A DNA stretch of 55,900 bases, the filler included, from Sphacelaria rigidula (Eukaryota): assembly GCA_964200075.2 (NCBI GenBank). It is 6 parts of 6 records of this genome, joined end to end, with 100 filler letters (N's around TTAATTAATTAA, not from the genome) between each part and the next. Parts side by side here need not be neighbours in the genome. Positions count along the whole stretch, not along the records: positions 9,335 to 18,568 come from CAXNAA020008970.1; positions 18,669 to 27,902 come from CAXNAA020008971.1; 4 more parts are not named here. One strand, given 5' to 3'. Under the pieces are notes generated by a model. That model was not told where the DNA came from and did no database searches. It saw only the letters and a list, made by a program, of their open reading frames with translations. Made by a program: the position numbers and the translations under genes. Of the stretch, positions 12,401 to 24,214 are shown one piece after another (the stretch's first letter is position 1; every line of letters starts with the position of its first letter).

Positions 12401-12774
12401 AGTAGGAGCGGTACCCTGCATGGGTTGTGCGTACAATCCAGTGCGGTACTATACCTGATTTCCACCTTGGAAAGCGTGAGAACGGGAGTAACCAAAGTAG
12501 TCTACTGAGTTTGTTTGACGTGAGTTGACGTGACGCGGGAGTGCTGACCCAATCCGCGAGGCCAAAATGGAAGGAAGGCGTGTACCGGGGGAGAGGCAGG
12601 ATAAAATCCCTGTAGACCACGGACTCGTCCCGAGGAAGGGAAGAGGTTTAAAGTGCGACAAAAAACAACAGGTGGATAACATCCCGAACTGCATCCAAAC
12701 GTACATCAAACTATGAACGGAAATTCATCTGTCTCGCCACCCTTCATTCCACCCGTTTTCGCCCATGATCACAG

Positions 12775-13161
12775 GTACTACGCGACGAGCAAATCTGGTT
12801 CGCCACATCCTTCGTCCAAATCTACGCCGTAATGCATGCACTATGGAGCACGATCACCCGGAAAGACCCGTCCAACGCATGGAACTGCAAATGTCCCGTA
12901 TGGCCACTGTACATCCATTTCGTCATGATCATCATAGCGGCAGTCTTTAACACGTGGAGTTGGGCACTGCGCGGCTACGAAGCGCCCTGGGTTTGGGTCA
13001 GCTGTATGGGGGCTTCTTTGTTTGGGTTGCATTCGTTATGGCCTGTGGTTTCCTTTGGCCTAGGAGTTACCATGCCCACCGCGTTTTACATGCGGTCGTT
13101 CGGCATGCTGGTCGTCATGACACTCGTCAGTTTGTGGCTTCTCGGGGACCAGAGTGAATAA
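12775..13161 (+). CDS. Probable terminal exon of a cellulose synthase-like (GT2) membrane protein
   Basis: Pyrimidine tract and CACAG acceptor at 12770-12774, phase 0. Reads VLRDEQIWFATSFVQIYAVMHALWSTI, resembling the CesA/Csl WRNEQFW...AV..GL segment, then several TM helices and a stop. Confidence 0.55.
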   Translation, partial: VLRDEQIWFATSFVQIYAVMHALWSTITRKDPSNAWNCKCPVWPLYIHFVMIIIAAVFNTWSWALRGYEAPWVWVSCMGASLFGLHSLWPVVSFGLGVTMPTAFYMRSFGMLVVMTLVSLWLLGDQSE

Positions 13162-15109
13162 CCACAAGTGACGTACTTGTGATAGTGCGATCATACATCT
13201 ATGCCGGCGTCGAGATGTCGGGTGAATTCATCGTGTAAAAATAGATCTGAACCCTAGTACGTGGTGTACTTGTCTTTCGCAGAGATGTAACGTGGTGTAG
13301 TGCGCGGGCTGTGCTTAGTGCCGTGCTGTGTAGCCTTCATTTGTGCTGTATGTTTTGCACCGTACTGTATATACATATACCATTTCGGTGTTGATGCTGT
13401 GAAACAGATGCGATCCACAAAGCCGAGGTCGGCGCCTTGTTGCGGCTGAGAGCTTGATGTACAGCAATTTGTTGCCATTATTGGTGCGGGATTTCCGTGG
13501 GGTTCTGTTATGCCTCCAGAACAGTATGAATGTATACCTGTATACCATATTCAAGCGCTCAAAATGTACACATTCAACGCAACCAATGGTTCGAGGCAGA
13601 TTGCACTACGATCCTGATGGTGATTATTGGAAACCATGAATGACCTGCTGCCCAGGCTTCACTTCTTCCGTCGCATGATCCACCCCAAATCATCCATTTT
13701 GTCGATACCTACCGTATAATGAGGAAATCCGTGAAATGCCCAGAGATCAAGCCGACCTTACACGAGTCCACAGAAGATATCTTTCACCCGGCAGAAACTG
13801 GCGCCTAGCTTTGTTTTTATTCTGCACGTCCATGGCAGGAACGTATGGCCGACATCGCATGATCATTCAGCCATAGTGCCGAGCATGCTGCATTAGAATA
13901 GAGCAGAAACGGCGACCAAACGAGTCGAGGAGCGAAGTGAAATTCGCCCGCGCATCTCTTACAGTAAATCCAGGGGTGCCGAGCTATGATATTATCACAC
14001 CATCCTCCAAATGCAGGAACGATAGCGAATTATTCCCAAGGCAACCATGTCCTTGGTCACTTGTTCTATGAGGCACAGAATATCCAGCACCCTCCCTGAT
14101 TCTGTCAAACAGGTAATCGTGACAAAACAACGCTTCATATTCTGAACATATTCCGCAAGAACAACACGTTTGTGAGATCAAGAGCGACTTCTCATTTTCG
14201 GAACGGGTGCGAAATCGATTTCGGGCATATGGCCGGAGGTCAATTTCAGGGAGGTAACTTGAAGACGTTTGTTTTTGGGCAATGGCCTAGAAAAGGTATT
14301 CCTTCTCGTTTTTCGCCTGGGAAAGGTACGAAAATGGCCAGAAACGCGAAAACAGCCAAACACACCATTTTGACCGTTTTCGCTCCAGATTTTTCACGCA
14401 CATCGTTTGGGGGGGCCATTGGCACCCGGGACTCGAAAACAAATGGATACAAAACATGTTACTCGAGAGATACGGCAACGCGAAAATGGACATTTCGCCT
14501 CCAGAAACCGCTTACCTTTTGTAGGCCACATTTCACCGAGGTATACCTAATCTAGGAATTATTTTTCAATCGTACCGTATCTAGGCCACCGATCGCCCGA
14601 GAACGTACCTCCGCTAGTCCATCGCTGTCTACACTGTGCCAGGAAGTCTACGCGCCAAGTCCAACTATGGCGCCCACACAATCGGCTCTTTTCCCGCTCA
14701 TTTGCCGTTCACGGTCGCCACAACGACCACGCCCCTTACTCCCCAGAAATGGTTCCCGAGTCCCTCCGCATCGACAAAATAATTGGACTCCTAACTTACA
14801 ACGCGTCGGTTTTGTGGTACCAGGGTTTGTGAAACACCGTACTGTTCCGATCACGGGGCTGGTGTCACGGTCAAGCTAGGCTCTTCTGTTACGAACGGGC
14901 GGTTGTCACATCATCGATGGCTGGTTCAAGCAAGGGATATGCCTTGTGACTGAAAGCTGCACAGAAAGGCAGGACTACCACTGTACAGTTTGGTGTTTCG
15001 TTTGATTAGACCTTGTCGGATCGGAGTGCTACGTGGATTTGAAGACGAACACTGAGTTGCCGATTACCACGATGTTTCATAGTAGTAGGCTAGTTTACCG
15101 GTGTTGAGC

Positions 15110-15400
15110 TACAGATGTTCGTGGTCGACACATTTTACAAGTATCGCCACCTCTACCCCTACCCCCAAAACCCTAACCCCGATCCATCGCGAACCGAAAC
15201 CCTCGGACAAGGGCGGCACATAACCTTCCCTTAACAAAGTGCGGTCTTTGCAGACCCCAAATCAGCTCCTGTGGCCCCGATTTCGACAAAAACGCGTTCT
15301 GCGCACGCGAAGAGCACACGGGACTGTCAGCCGTACTTGCAATCCGATTCTCGTTGTGCACACTCTAATCAAGTAATATCAACGATGGACATTCGCAGGC
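15110..15400 (+). mobile_element. Diverged non-autonomous element related to 43107-43437, with telomere-like CCCTAACCC
   Basis: Shared GAAACCCTCGG and GATTTCGACAAAAACGCGTTCTGCGCAC blocks. Confidence 0.55.
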
Positions 15401-16559
15401 CAACGATATTTATCTCTATTGCCACAACTCGCGATACATCGTCAGTTCGAACGAGCTGAAGGAAAGTGAGCTTCTTAGGCGGCCCGACCGCTACTACATT
15501 ATGGTGACAGCGGAGAAGGAAGAAAGGAGATGGGTGTCATGATGTTCGCGTTAATCGAGCAGCTTGAAGTACTCCCACGGACGATTCACGCGGGCTCGGC
15601 GGGGTGTGCGTGCGTTCAGCGACTTACGCCCATCAGTGTTCTGTTCCTCTTTCTACAGTATATGCCTGACCGCCAGTACTGTATCCGTTGCTTGAACCAA
15701 CGCAGTGGTTTTTCGCGGGGATTCACCTGTAGGGTGTTTTTTTGCGCCACACAGTACGCTTCACAGGGTTTCAGGGAAAGTGTGCAGTGTTTGTCGCGGG
15801 AATTTGGCTGTAGGGTTTTTTCGCGCCGCACAGTACGCGTCACAGGGTTTCGTCACCCCGAGTACTGTCCATTGTTGCTAATATGTTGTACAGCCTTCAT
15901 AGCGCACATGCAATATACTCCATACAGCATGGGCATGGTACTGGTAGAACAAAAACGGTCGAGAAATTGCAGTGGTGATAATTGGACTCACGACTTCGGG
16001 CTCGGGAGAGCAACGAGTCGCATACTGAGCTAGCTTACTTGTTATTGATAATGCCAATATTCTGTGCTTCTGATCATTGTCCAGCAAAAACCTCCATAAA
16101 CGAAAGCATGCTCGATTGAGTGATTTTGGTAGACTGCGGACCACGGGGTTTTCATAAGCTATGTGGACTCATTATTATTATTATTATTGTTATATCCGTC
16201 ACATTAGCTCGATCTCTCGAACCCGTGGTCACAGAGTGCAAGGAGCATACCACCAATATACCCATAACCCAAACAGCCCGCAGAAGAAGGCAAGAAACAA
16301 AGATTTATATGAGAGGTATATCCTGTCACTGCAGCATCCACGCCTTGAGCCGAAGCGTCGTATCTAAACTCGTAGGCGTGTGAACATACACTCGTAATCA
16401 GTGTGTTGGATCTCTATTCAGCAAAAGCTGTTGAGAGTTATTCATCCTCGAGCTCATGTATACATGGACTGGGGAACAAAAGGATGAATTACTATCAACA
16501 ATTTTTTCTGCGTGTCTGATCCCATACGCTGATAACGGTGCAGTATGCAGGATATGCCC

Positions 16560-16915
16560 AGCTGACGCTGTTCGCAATAAATCTCTTTTTGCCCAATTTT
16601 CGGATGAATTGGAGGGCAAATTGAAAAGTTATTCCGATCTTCTTCTGCTGTTCAAATTCCAAATCTGCCAGTGTGCATGGGATTTGCGCAGCAGAAAAAT
16701 CTGTTCGAAATATATCCTTTTTTTTCCCAATTTAAATGGGCGAAGAAATGATCTATTTTGAATAGGTTCTTCTGCTGTTCGAAATAGATCCTTTTTTTGC
16801 TCATTTAAATTGGGCAAAAAAAGGATCTGTTTTGAATAGCTTATCCTGCTGTCCGAGATAAATTCATTTTCGCCCGATTTCAATCGGGCAAGAAGAAATT
16901 TTCTCGGACAGCAGG
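16560..16915. repeat. Tandem array of ~70-bp imperfect palindromes
   Basis: Units CTGTTCGAAAT..T-run..CC/ATTTAAAT/GGGC..A-run..TTTTGAATAG near 16701, 16775 and 16846, plus a decayed unit near 16570. Confidence 0.75.
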
Positions 16916-18568
16916 ACAAGCTATCAAAAATAAATAAATGTACAGACTTTGTAGCAGATTACTTTGGAAGTTTCAAAACAAAATATTTTGGAATTCTCAA
17001 AAATGGGAGGGCCTCTCCACAGGGTTGCTTGCAGGATTTCGACAAAAACGCTACGACAGGTACAGATTTGCGTTTTCACTGTCAGGGTTTTCACGAAGAC
17101 TGTGGAGGACCCTGTACGGATCGTGCACAGTGCGCCCCACAGGGTGCTATCTGTCCTCGGGCGCTGTTCGCGGGCTTGCAGCCCACACTTTGCCCATCAC
17201 ATTCAGCGGATGATGACGGCCCGACACGTCTGTGTCGATAAGATATTGCTTCGAGAGCTGGAATCCGTTTGTAGGTTGGCCCAAACTCGTATTACCCTAC
17301 GGAGGTATTGTGTATACTAGGGTTTTCACGAAACCCCGAACGATGCACTTCGCAGATGGCGATGATTTGTGGTGTGGACATTCCGTGAGGCACGGGGAGA
17401 CGGGAGATACCCTCACGCTCACTAAAATCAATGTTTTACGACTAAAGGCACGAAATATAAAAATCTGGATATTGCGTCTCAGTTTTTCAGAGCGGTGCTA
17501 TGAAATTTTCGTGTGGAGAACCGGTAGTGCATAATAAATGAAAAAAATGAGCATTTATTTTGTTACTTTACCCTTTTTCTTTTGTTTTTCATTCCAGGCG
17601 AGTTTTTAGGAGAAATGCAAATTGATCTCCGACCTCATCTCAGGCTTTGAGCTCATTATTGAAAATGTGACATAAAACGTAGCATAAGGAACCCCAAAGG
17701 TATGCTGAATGAAATAAGAAAAAATGGGCCTTCGAATTCGTTTTTCAGAGCTTCGGGCGTTCTCGTTGCAAAGTGGTTATCGCTATGCTAAAAGGCTCTG
17801 ATATAGTAAAAACAAGAAATAATACCAGACAAACCCACTTTTTTGGGTTTATCAAGCCCTGGCGAGGTCCCACATCAAGTCTCAATATACAAGCACAAAA
17901 CGTGGGATGGTAGGTGGTATGCAAAATACGGTTCCGACTTCCCCACTCCCCTTCTCTTTTGACGCTGTGCACACTGCACTACCCCGCGACTGTTGCTTCA
18001 CAAGCGGAACAACTACCGTGAGTAAAACATTGTACTTCATGCCGCAGCTTTAAGCACATACAGTCTGTACTGCCCCGAGTTGTCGAAAATCTGTGCGATA
18101 TTGGTTTCGGCACTGAAAATTGCGGCACTGTTCGCCTACAACAGCGGCCATGGAAGTTGTGCATCTACTCGATTGCACTGTGTTGGAAATTATTCGCTGG
18201 CACGGCACTGTCTCACTGGACAGTTAAGCAGAGGCTTGCACTGTAGCGGTAAAGCTACTTGCGAGGAGCAGTGTAGTAGAAACAAGATAGTGTTAGTTCG
18301 GCACGTCTGGCCTAAGTATCAAACAGCTTCTTCTGCAAGAGAGAGCTGTGGAAGCAACACTGGGTTGCTGGGGAGAGTGAGAAGCGATGGGCGAGCGAGA
18401 GCGAGCCTCAATACTTTCCACTCCCTGCAGAAAAACCAATGCTGTACGCAAACGAAAAGATCTTAAAAATGTACCCTAAATCACCATGAAAAAGGTACAG
18501 TGAAACGACACATACGTGGTTTACAGTTTCACCTGAACCGTAGCAAATAACATCCAAGTCGTGCCGCT

Positions 18569-18668
18569 NNNNNNNNNNNNNNNNNNNNNNNNNNNNNNNN
18601 NNNNNNNNNNNNTTAATTAATTAANNNNNNNNNNNNNNNNNNNNNNNNNNNNNNNNNNNNNNNNNNNN
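18569..18668. other. Artificial contig linker
   Basis: N44-TTAATTAATTAA-N44. Confidence 0.99.
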
Positions 18669-18776
18669 ACAAAAAAAAACGCAAAGGAAAAAGGTGAAAA
18701 TAAAAAAAGAGACACATTGTAAGTGAGAACCGCCGTCACCGCGTCCACGTCCAACCCGCTGGTCCATTCCACTCAC

Positions 18777-19002
18777 GGGTAATGCGTAACGATGGCGGCG
18801 GCAACCTCCATGCACAAAAGCCCGCCACCAACCAAGGCTACCGTGTTCGCGTCGCCCCCGGCTGAAGTCGCGGCGCCACTGCCGCCTGCTGGTGCCGTGC
18901 CGAGAGCCTTGGCGAGCTTGATGCAATCTCCGATATCTCTGAGGTAGTGGGCGCTGCCCAGGCCGTAGGCGTCTTGCTTGTCGAGGCGGGAGCCCTTGAG
19001 GT
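18777..19002 (-). CDS. Internal exon of an FAD-dependent pyridine nucleotide-disulfide oxidoreductase (monodehydroascorbate/ferredoxin reductase-like)
   Basis: CAG acceptor and GTGAGT donor. AHYLRDIGDCIKLAKAL...TVALVGGGLLCMEVAAA matches YLR...DA..L....VVVGGG.IG.E.AA. GC-rich codon usage. Confidence 0.8.
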
Positions 19003-19160
19003 CTGGGTGTCGCGTGCAGAAGCAGGGGCTTTGTGCTGAGCTATCGCCGTCCAATCGTCTCGGCTATTTTTTTTTCAATAGGGGGTGGGGCGGGGGGGGG
19101 GGGGTATTGGCGCGTATGCATGCACTCTGCGAGTTGTATTAAAACAGATGTGGATCAGCA

Positions 19161-19258
19161 GAAGTATCTCAAACTCGAGGTCCCCGGTATACTCAACAGA
19201 AACTGTTGTGTATCGTGACTGTTGAATATACCGGAGATCTCGAGTTTGAGATACCTTC
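19161..19258. mobile_element. Fold-back mini-element (hairpin)
   Basis: GTATCTCAAACTCGAGGTCCCCGGTATACTCAACAG pairs with CTGTTGAATATACCGGAGATCTCGAGTTTGAGATAC. Confidence 0.7.
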
Positions 19259-19799
19259 GGTAAAACTATGGGAAAAGTGCAGCGGGGGGGGGGATGATTT
19301 CTCCCAAACCCCGGGTTCCCAAACCTATGGCTGACGACGTAGTTGTTCATGTCATATTCCAAAACGCGTACCCTACAGGGCCGCTTCTGCTGGAGGTCAA
19401 GAAATGGGGGTAAAAGGAGGAAAACCAATCGGGTTTGTTTGTGGACGCTTCAGTTAGTAAAAGAGATTTTGGTTAAAGAACCTGTCTGACGGAAGTTCAA
19501 GTTTCGGACGCCGACATCTAGACTGGTGTGCGTAAAATCTCCGGAGGCGAGGGTTGTGCCTGGTTAATCATCGAATGGAGATTTGGAGATTGCATGTATT
19601 GCAAAAGGCAGAATACAAATAATAGAGAGAGAGAGAGAGACAAGGTTCCCCTTCGGGAAGTTGGTACGGGCCTCCCGGGGGTTACGCACGTCGAAAATAT
19701 ATGGTAAAGAGAGGCTGTTTTGTATTAATATAAAGATACAGTGATCGTGCACACGCGGTCATTCGGCTACCCTCAAAAATACTTCGTTCCGGTCAACGT

Positions 19800-20110
19800 T
19801 TCGAGCCTCCAAAGGAATTAAACGCCTCCAGGGGGTGCGCGGCCCTCCAGAGGGGTGAGATCAAACGCCTCCAGAGGCTTGTTTTGCCTCTGAAGGGACG
19901 CGCATTCTCCGGAGGAATTTGGAGGATGCGCGGCCCTCCAGAGGGGTGAGATCAAACGCCTCCAGAGGATTGTTTTGCCTCTGAAGGGACGCGCATTCTC
20001 CGGAGGAATTTGGAGGATGCGCGGCCCTCCAGAGCACCATCTGTTTTTTAACTCTCGAGGGATTCAGACCTCAGGAGTCACTGGAGCCTCAGATGCCCTC
20101 CAGAGAATTC
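19800..20110. repeat. 91-bp tandem repeat built from CCTCCAGAGG subunits
   Basis: TGCGCGGCCCTCCAG recurs at 19836, 19927 and 20018. Confidence 0.85.
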
Positions 20111-22552
20111 GTTTATGACCGCACCTGGGAAGAAAGAGGCCCAGGGCCCACAGATAAGGGCAAGAAGTATGACTGGCACGATTTTTCGACTAATCAGAGC
20201 CTCCCAATATACAAAAATGCGGCGACTTTTCTTGAATCAGATGAGAGAATTGAGTGTAAATTTAGTGGTCAAATAGCTGTGATTGGTCCACACATTGCGC
20301 CGCTGCCAGTCAGATAGCTGCTACCATCAATCGCTTGGGACACAGCAGCTCCGTCCTGGCTCAGTTTGTTTGCCCCGACCTGCACGCGTTCGCCTTGCGC
20401 GTCTTCTCCGATCACAGCACCCGACTACGACTGAAGTACCACAGAAGACGCAACAGACAGCTGCACAGTCGTCACGTAATGATTTCAAATTTGTGAACAG
20501 CACTTTGATCCCACCTCAATGCTGTGCAGACCAAAACACTGCATGCAGCAGTACAACTGTTCAGGCACTCTCCAGCGCACATCACACCATATTCGTCGTA
20601 GGGGTGTTTTAATGCACAATAGCTACAGCACAGAAGGGATGGGTGCGAGAAGCGCCTTGTTCGTTTGTTTTTTCGGAAGACGAAACAGCCAACACACAAC
20701 AGTGTGTAGACTGTAGACAGCACTGCCTGGCGAACATATTTTTCCTAATTTTCCGTAAGGCCGAAGGCAGTGACAGTGAGACAACTGACACAATCTCAAA
20801 GGAGACCAAACCGTCTTCGCACAGGTCCGAACACACCACAGCGTAGTGAAAGCGACAGCACATGAGAGAGGACGTGAGTGTGTTTGTGCTGCAGCACGGT
20901 GAAACAGCACATGTCCCATGTGATAGTTCTTCCCCTCATTTCCGACGGTTCCTCAATTTTCGCCGAGTGCCGATTTTGAAACGCTCGGCCGTGATGGCGC
21001 TTCGCGCGAAAATCTTTCAATTCACTTTGAGTTACCCCTATCTGTGGGGGGTGAGCCATCAAATACCCTCTAGAGGGTATTTTACCCTCGAGAAGATCAA
21101 AATCGCGACAGAGGATTTTTGTGGGGGTAGCCGAATGGCCGCGTGTGATGGCTGTACAAAACATCGCATGTGATCTCGGATGTAGTTCGGGAAATATGGA
21201 AGTTCGGACGGAGGCCGACGGCGGAAGCGACGGCGTAGGACATGTATGTGTGGTATTTCCGAGATGCCAGAGTGCGGAGTAGCTTTCGTGCCACGAAGAC
21301 ATGATAGCGGGAGGCACCCCCAAAAAATTGGGATGCATGGAACATTTTTGGCATGTTCTTTATACATTGCTGCGGCTTCCACATCACCGGGCCTTTTTCA
21401 AAACAGGGTGATTGCTTTTGCGGCTAAACATTCCTGCACTGCCGTCCTGTTTGCCTTGTTCAACTCGCAAACGGCCCATTGCACGGTCTTGAGTTTGCTG
21501 ATGGCTCAAGGACAACGCAATGTTCAATTGTTTCCAACTAGTGTGCTTCCATATTCTCGTGACATTGGCGGTATAACCGGTGTGTTCGTGCTCACAAATA
21601 AACGAGAACGCGACGAAGAGAAACACGAGGGAAAAATACCTCGCCAAAAGTAATCCTGCATCAAGATTTTCATCATCTTCAACAGGCGTTTTTCTGGCTG
21701 GGTTGCTTTTTCGAGTATTCTACGATCTTCAACAGGCTTTTGTGGTTCGGGATAGACACCCCGCTAAAAAGGGCCGGTTGGAGCGGCTTTCTGTGGCCAG
21801 AACACGTGCCACAGGTATCAGATGACACCTAAACCTGAGTGGTAATGTACCGCTCAGCCTCCCTGGTCCACTGCAGGAGAAAGCGCGGGAAACAATGCCT
21901 TACCGTCAGAGAAAACCCGGCATAAGTGGTGAAAAATGTGAAATGATACATGTACATATATAGTATCGCGTAGAGGCACCTCGGCATGGCACTACACTAC
22001 ACTGACGGTAGGAGGAACCGCCAAAGTAAGATACACGCTGTCGTCGAATAGATCGTGGCTGGCATAGTTCCCAATAACTACTCGACATGAACAATCTGAT
22101 ATTGTCTTCTGATGTCTATTTGGTCCATCACGGTCGCCATTTTTTTTGTGAAGCTGGGGCGTCATGGTCGACCCAAGGGCTATAGTCTTCATCCGGACTG
22201 AATAGTCGTAACCCGCCGCATGCATGCCTCTACATGATGCGTGTCCGTCCGGCTATGTCGATCTTTCAAACAGGTCTGATCGAGCTTGAGAGGTAAAAAG
22301 CGAGGGAACATTGCGGAAAATCGACTGCCCGAGAGAAACAGCTTTTGGTCAGAATATTCTGCATTTCTCTATCAAGCAACGTTTCCCGAAAAAAACGTCC
22401 TCACTATACTAAAAACGATGTTTTGCGAAACCTGTTCAAAAGCTACCATATTTTTATTTATTTATTTGAGCTATTTTTTTAGTATCGCCAGAAACGGCGT
22501 AACCAATCCCAACCTCAACTCGACGCAGACCGAGAACCCTCGGAGAAGGAAA

Positions 22553-22811
22553 GACACTTTCTACGATAGCCCCCCCACAAAAAGTTGCTAGTTTGGTGAG
22601 GCAAACCGTACACATGTATCGACATGAAAAAAGCTGGGCACAACGAGCAGCTGGGAATTTCATTGCTCGGGTTCGTTATCGCTCATGTCGCTCATATGAG
22701 GTGCCTCATGCAGCCTGAAACCAAACACCGGGCGCTGTTTGACCATTTTCTTCGTGACAGCTCAGGGCTGGGGGTTTTTTCGGGGGGGGGGGGGCTATCG
22801 TGGAAAGTGTC
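22553..22811. mobile_element. MITE with ~23-bp TIRs and 4-bp TSD (GAAA)
   Basis: GACACTTTCTACGATAGCCCCCC ... GGGGGGCTATCGTGGAAAGTGTC, with GAAA on both sides. Confidence 0.8.
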
Positions 22812-22859
22812 GAAAACACGTGCAATGCAATAGGCAAAGAGTGTGCTGGTACAGCGTAA

Positions 22860-22969
22860 CCCTTCGACTGCGAGCGGTGGTCCAGTACTGAATCTGCGCC
22901 ATTTTCATTTCTCTTGTCTAGTGAATGTGGTGCCGATTTACTAATGGACCACCGCTCGCGGTCAAAAGG
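22860..22969. mobile_element. piggyBac-like mini MITE; a second piggyBac-like end starts at 22974
   Basis: CCCTTCGACTGCGAGCGGTGGTCCA...TGGACCACCGCTCGCGGTCAAAAGG, flanked by GTAA and TTAA. Confidence 0.65.
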
Positions 22970-24214
22970 TTAACCCTTTGACTACTATGGTCGGTGATCT
23001 GTTTCAAGTTCACGAAGTGAATTTGGTTTCCGCTGCAGGTAAATATTAGACTAACCGTTTTGTTGCGACATAATTTTTGCGACTTGATTTCTGCGACTTG
23101 ATTTTTGCGACATTTTTTTGCTAGATTTTTCCACTCTTGAGCCCCCATTGATTTCGGTTTTTGGAGGGAAGCTTTGTCAAACAGAAACCAAACGCATCCT
23201 GCTCCAAGGGGCACCTGGACACACAGTAGTTGCCGCTGCCTACCTAGTATCATCCTCCAACTCGATTTCTTGGGTGAGAACGCCCAGCGTTCAGCTACTT
23301 GACGCGACCACTGCGTTCTGCCACGAACCCTTCTCCACGTACCGGACAAGGGGGCAACATTCCCGTACAGACAGTAGCAATGCTAACGGATCCTACGTCC
23401 TGACAGTCTGGCAGCCGGCAAGGTGGTTATGGCAATGTCCTTCTAGCGATATCAACTTTCAGTGCATCGGAGCAGAGTTTGCAGGCGAATATTTTGGCGA
23501 TTGCCTCACCTGCAGTTCGCCCAGCGACCGTTACCTTGAACTGCATAGTATAGAATATATTGCCGACTGTAAACTGTGAAATACAGTACGAGTAGTACTC
23601 GTACTTCAACTCGGTGACTGCAACGCTACAAATCGAGACAACAGTAGCGTGTCAAAATCTCCCCCGATGTGGAATGCTACAGGCGACTTTCGCGCCATAG
23701 CGGCTGTGTTACCATACAGCTTCGCCTGAGATACATGCAGTCATTACAGCGGCGGAGGCGGTCTTTCACTCCTGCGTGCGCCACTTGGGGCAAACGTACG
23801 CTGTAGCTACAACACGGACAGCTTTACAAATGTGGCGTAGCGATATAGCGCGTCGCGAGGGGTGATGTCCTGCGTACACGTTTGGCTACAGATACAAGCG
23901 GCTGCGTTCATGGTGTGGCGAACTGCATAGGATAGCGCGAAATCAGTGCAGGACAGGGATGGGCTAAGAATGTGACGTCCTGCCGTGTGTTTTGTCACCC
24001 CGCACCCCGCCGCTGTGCAGTGAGCAGGTAGTACCGCCGAAGGCGTCACGCTGCGATTGGCACGCAGTGCCGAACACAACAGAAGGCAGGTTATTTCATG
24101 TACAGTACATAGATCTGTGTTTTAATACCGATTCGCACACACACACAGCTGGTACGTGTTTAGTTGTATTCAACATACAGGCAGTAGAGCGAGCTAGAGT
24201 CACAGTCCGTCACC

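Noticed and set aside
14615-14850. Possible second Gypsy chromodomain remnant (LRIDKIIG)
   Set aside because: The similarity is too short and frameshifted to support by eye.
16560-16915. CRISPR-like array
   Set aside because: No unique spacers, units are long and diverged, no cas genes, and the context is eukaryotic.
21061-21082. Perfect 22-bp palindrome AAATACCCTCTAGAGGGTATTT
   Set aside because: It is isolated and probably internal to an undefined repeat; no function can be supported.
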